Below, piece after piece: positions 16,474 through 20,000 of a stretch of 20,000 bases of DNA. Source of the DNA: Planctomycetota bacterium (GTDB lineage Bacteria > Planctomycetota > Planctomycetia > JALXBF01). The stretch covers positions 56,601 through 76,600 of the forward strand of contig JALXBF010000033.1 in assembly GCA_026991575.1 (NCBI GenBank), in the 5' to 3' direction. The translations under genes were made by a program, and so were the position numbers. The first letter of the stretch is position 1. Each line of letters begins with the position of its first letter. Under the pieces are notes generated by a model. The model had not been told where the DNA came from. It was given only the letters and a program-made list of their open reading frames with translations, and did not search any database.

Positions 16474-17772
16474 TTAGTAGGCCTCCAGCAGCACTGCGCC
16501 GCCCAGACCGCCGCCGACGCAGAGCGTAGCAAGCCCGAGCCGCATCTGCCGGCGACGCAGCTCAAGGAGCAAAGTCAGGATCAGCCGAGCCCCGGTCGCA
16601 CCCACCGGATGGCCCAGTGCGATGGCTCCGCCATTGACATTGAGCCGGTCGCTGGGGATCTCGCCCAGTGGCTCTTCCAACCCGAGCTGTTCGCGGGCAA
16701 ACTCCTCGCTGGCAAACGCCTTCAAGCAAGCCAGTACCTGAGCTGCGAACGCTTCGTTGATCTCAAACAGATCGATTTCCTCCAGACGCAGTCCTTGCCG
16801 CCGGAGCAGCTTCGCCGTGGCGTACACCGGGCCAAGTCCCATACGAGCGGGATCACAGCCAGCGTACGCGTAGTCGATGATTCGTCCCAGCGGTGTCAGT
16901 CCTAGGGAGCGGGCGGTTGATTCGTCGGCCACCAGCAGCGCCACGGCACCGTCGGTGATTTGCGATGAGTTGCCAGGTGTGACTGTGCCGTACTTCGGAT
17001 CGAAGTACGGCCTCAGGCGTGCAAGCTTCTCGATGGTCGTGTCGCTCCTGGGGCCGATATCTTCGGTGACCGCAATCGGGGGGTCTTCTGGATAGACCGG
17101 CGTGACCTCCTCGGCTAGGCGGCCGTTTGTCCAGGCTTTCACGGCACGCGAGTGGCTTTCGACGGCATATGCGTCCTGCTCTTCGCGTGAGATGCCGAAC
17201 TCGCGCGCCAGCTTCTCGGCCGTTGCTCCCATGATCAACCCGGAGACCGGGTCGGTGAGCCCGACTTTCAAGCCAGGTACCGGTTTAAGGTCAGCCGGGC
17301 GGAAACTGGCTGCCGCCCGCAGCCTGGCCCAGGCGCCTTTGGCGCGGAACACCTTCCAGACCTTCTCGCCGAAGCTGTATGGGAACAGGAACGGCGCCCG
17401 GCTAAGCGACTCAACCCCCACCGCCACAATGACGTTGGCCCGGCCCAGCCGGATCAGATCGTGCGCTTCGGTGACCGATTCGAAGCCGCTGGCGCAGTTG
17501 CGGCTGACCGTATGGGCAATCCGACCGCGAGGCATGCCCGCGATGAGCTGGATCACACGGGCAACGTTGGTTGCATCGGGCGGACAACCTACGTTACCGG
17601 CGATCAGCTCATCGGGACAGTCCGGTGGCAGGTCCAGGCGAAACAGCAGCTCGCGGGTAACGATCCGCCCCAGCTCCTGAACGGGGACCTTGGCTAGCGG
17701 GCCGCCGGCGCGCACGAATGGCGTCCGCACACCGCCGACGATGACCGGGTTGCCGCTGCCATGGGCTGTCAT
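16474..17772 (-). CDS. Acetyl-CoA C-acyltransferase (thiolase), FadI/trifunctional-enzyme-beta-like
   Basis: GVRTPF, catalytic NCASG, NEAFAAQ, GHPVGATG, LCVGGG; long insertion after ESLS typical of FadI-type thiolases. ATG 17772 chosen (25 nt after the fadD stop). Confidence 0.92.
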   Translation of the reverse strand: MTAHGSGNPVIVGGVRTPFVRAGGPLAKVPVQELGRIVTRELLFRLDLPPDCPDELIAGNVGCPPDATNVARVIQLIAGMPRGRIAHTVSRNCASGFESVTEAHDLIRLGRANVIVAVGVESLSRAPFLFPYSFGEKVWKVFRAKGAWARLRAAASFRPADLKPVPGLKVGLTDPVSGLIMGATAEKLAREFGISREEQDAYAVESHSRAVKAWTNGRLAEEVTPVYPEDPPIAVTEDIGPRSDTTIEKLARLRPYFDPKYGTVTPGNSSQITDGAVALLVADESTARSLGLTPLGRIIDYAYAGCDPARMGLGPVYATAKLLRRQGLRLEEIDLFEINEAFAAQVLACLKAFASEEFAREQLGLEEPLGEIPSDRLNVNGGAIALGHPVGATGARLILTLLLELRRRQMRLGLATLCVGGGLGGAVLLEAY

Positions 17773-17797
17773 CAGGACACTGCCCTCGGTGCATTCA

Positions 17798-19561
17798 CTA
17801 GGAGGACGGATCCTGGCCAGAGGCGGCTCGCTCACGCAGCGCGACGCGCCGCACCTTGCCAAGGAAATTCAGTGGTAACTCGTCGACCATGCGGAAGTCG
17901 CGCGGGACCTTGTAGCCGGCCAGGTGTTGCTTCAGGAAGTTGCGCAGCTCGGTGGCATTCAGCTCTGCTCCCGGTTCAGGCACGATCCAGGCTACAACCC
18001 GCTCCCCCCACTTCGGGTCCGGCTCGCCCACAACGGCACACTCCTGCACGCCCGGGTAGCTGCGCAGCACCTCCTCTACCTCGCTCGGGTACACGTTCAG
18101 GCCGCCAGTGATGATCATGTCCTTCTTGCGGTCGACGATGCGAAAGTAGCCGTCTTCGTCCATCGTGGCAAGATCACCGGTGTAAAGCCAGCCGTCGCGG
18201 AGCGTGGCGGCTGTCTCTTCGGGCGCGTTGTGGTAGCCCATCATCACCTGCGGCCCGCGCACGATCAGTTCGCCGACCTCCCCCGGGCCCAGGTCCCGCA
18301 GCCCGGTGGTTGCGTCAACGATGCGAGCGTCTGTGTCGGGCAGGGGCATGCCGATGGTGCCCGGACGGACAGCCCCGGGGAAGTTCGCATGGGTTACCGG
18401 GGAAGCTTCCGAGAGTCCGTAGCCCTCGCAGACCTCCGCCCCGGTCAGCTGGACAAAAGCCGTACGGGTCGGTTCATCCAGAGCCGAGGCGCCGCAGATG
18501 GAAAGCTTCAGCGAGCTGGTGTCGTACTTGCGACGACGCAGCTCTTCGACCAGAGCACGCATCATGAATGGCACCATCGGTGCAATCGAGACACGGTAGC
18601 GTTCGATGAGCCGAAGCGCGCGACGGGCGTGAAACTTGGCCTGCAGCACCAGTGTCGCCGCACCCCCCAGTCCAACCAGCATGGACACGGTGGCGCCAAA
18701 GACGTGGAAAAACGGCAAGATGCCCAACATTGTCTCCTCGCCCGGCCTGCGGCCGCTGACCGAATGAAGCTGAGCGACGTTACTGACCAGGTTTCGATGC
18801 GATAGCACCGCCAACTTCGGGATGCCAGTCGTGCCACCGGTGGGTTGAAACACGGCCGGCTGGTCCGGGTCGTCCACCAGCGGCTTCTTGGGCGGGAGTG
18901 GCCCCGGTTCGTAGAGCTCATCGAAGTCGATCAGTTTCGTTCCCGGCGCGGGCTCAGGGTTCCGCGACCACCAGCGGCGAAAGCGGTACGCTGCCGCCAG
19001 CGAATAAGACAGGTGTGGGAGCAGGGTGACGACCACAAGGTACGGGACCGGAGTCAGCCGGGTGGTCTCGATTGAAGCGGCCAGACGGAGATCCAGCGCA
19101 ACGAGCATCTTCGCCCCGGTCGCCTCAACCAGGCGGGCCAGCTCCTCGCCCGAATACAACGGGCTACCGTGCACCACCTGAAGCCCCAGGTAGTGCGCGG
19201 CGAACCAGAGCACTACAAACTCCGGACAGTTCGGCAGGGCAAAGACGATGCGATCGCCCGGCTCCAGGCCGAGCGTACGCAGGCGAGCCGCCACGTGCCG
19301 GATCCGCTCGTATAGCTCGCCATACGTCCATTCGGACCGCTGGAACACGATGCCCAGCCGCGTCGGATAGTGCTCGGCCGCCAGCAACACGAACTGCTCC
19401 AGCCGAATGTCCGGGTAGACCAGCCCCCGGGGAACCTCCGGCGGATAGTGCTGGTGCCAGGGCCGTGTGGGCAACTGCCAGTGGCCCGAAAGTGGAAACA
19501 GCGAGCAATGCAGCTCGACGACGGGACGCGTTGCGTGCTGGCGGCCGTCTTGCTGAGTCAT
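17798..19561 (-). CDS. fadD: Long-chain fatty acid-CoA ligase (AMP-binding)
   Basis: W..HYPPEVP, TGGTTGIPK, LPFFHVFG, EGYGLSEASP, GPQVMMGY, GWLYTGD, DRKKDMIITGGLNVYP.EVE, LP...GKV. Confidence 0.9.
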   Translation of the reverse strand: MTQQDGRQHATRPVVELHCSLFPLSGHWQLPTRPWHQHYPPEVPRGLVYPDIRLEQFVLLAAEHYPTRLGIVFQRSEWTYGELYERIRHVAARLRTLGLEPGDRIVFALPNCPEFVVLWFAAHYLGLQVVHGSPLYSGEELARLVEATGAKMLVALDLRLAASIETTRLTPVPYLVVVTLLPHLSYSLAAAYRFRRWWSRNPEPAPGTKLIDFDELYEPGPLPPKKPLVDDPDQPAVFQPTGGTTGIPKLAVLSHRNLVSNVAQLHSVSGRRPGEETMLGILPFFHVFGATVSMLVGLGGAATLVLQAKFHARRALRLIERYRVSIAPMVPFMMRALVEELRRRKYDTSSLKLSICGASALDEPTRTAFVQLTGAEVCEGYGLSEASPVTHANFPGAVRPGTIGMPLPDTDARIVDATTGLRDLGPGEVGELIVRGPQVMMGYHNAPEETAATLRDGWLYTGDLATMDEDGYFRIVDRKKDMIITGGLNVYPSEVEEVLRSYPGVQECAVVGEPDPKWGERVVAWIVPEPGAELNATELRNFLKQHLAGYKVPRDFRMVDELPLNFLGKVRRVALRERAASGQDPSS

Positions 19562-19752
19562 GGTGGCCGATGTCGGTCGGGATCGTGTTGCCGTTGTTTC
19601 TTACGCACGAGGCGTCGGCTTTCGAAGAAGTAGACCTTCCACACCAGCCGTTCGAACCACCGGTAGACCGGCCCGAGCAGTCGGCGACAGGGCCGGTCCC
19701 ACCAGTGGGCGTACCGGCCGATCCACAGTAGCAAACGTTGTAGCCAGCTCAA
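19558..19752 (-). CDS. Small Trp/Arg-rich hypothetical protein (64 aa)
   Basis: Fills the gap between the cupin and fadD on the same strand. Its TGA overlaps the fadD ATG (ATGA). TTG start 18 nt after the cupin stop; no family recognised. Confidence 0.55.
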   Translation of the reverse strand: MSWLQRLLLWIGRYAHWWDRPCRRLLGPVYRWFERLVWKVYFFESRRLVRKKQRQHDPDRHRPP

Positions 19753-19770
19753 GGCCGAGCGTCCGACGGT

Positions 19771-20000
19771 TCAGAACCGGAACGGGCTGTCCGGCCGATC
19801 CTCGTGCCGGATCTCGTCGACCGGCTCCTTCTTGCCCCATCCCCGATACAGCCGGTTCGGCGCGTTGAAAACGTAACCTGGGCGATCGCCCACGTTGCGG
19901 TACGCGTGCACGACACCCGGTGGCACGATGACCATTCTCGGCTGTTCTTCACCGGCAACGATCACCTGACGCACACCTCGGCTGGGCGAATCATCACGCG
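19771..20000 (-). CDS. RmlC-like cupin (dTDP-4-dehydrorhamnose 3,5-epimerase family), 5'-truncated by the window edge
   Basis: RDDSPSRG, VIVPPGVVHAYRNVG, NAPNRLY..DEIR motifs; frame open to the window end. Confidence 0.8.
   Translation of the reverse strand, partial: RDDSPSRGVRQVIVAGEEQPRMVIVPPGVVHAYRNVGDRPGYVFNAPNRLYRGWGKKEPVDEIRHEDRPDSPFRF

Noticed and set aside
17773..17862. Longer thiolase start at 17862
   Set aside because: Overlaps the fadD 3' end; thiolase similarity starts just after ATG 17772.

Overview
GC-rich bacterial DNA. Gene style suggests Planctomycetota, which is an inference. The left ~4 kb is a mobile-element hotspot: a decayed single-ORF IS66-family element (206-1812), about 950 bp of non-coding DNA holding a ~340-bp quasi-palindrome with four strong hairpins and a short 22-23 bp tandem repeat, and an intact IS630-family element (2769-4036) with 27-bp TIRs, a TA duplication and an RBS-occluding hairpin. 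The rest is densely coding: a small membrane protein, a membrane-anchored TPR protein, a class II aldolase, a Tat-signal Gfo/Idh/MocA-like oxidoreductase, a bacterioferritin with two ferroxidase-centre ligands substituted, a flavin reductase, glcD-glcE-glcF, a wzm/wzt polysaccharide ABC exporter, and a convergent minus-strand run of RmlC-like cupin (partial), small Trp/Arg-rich ORF, fadD, thiolase and wecB. No rRNA, tRNA or CRISPR array was recognised. The least explained items are the structured non-coding element at 1831-2253 and the atypical bacterioferritin.
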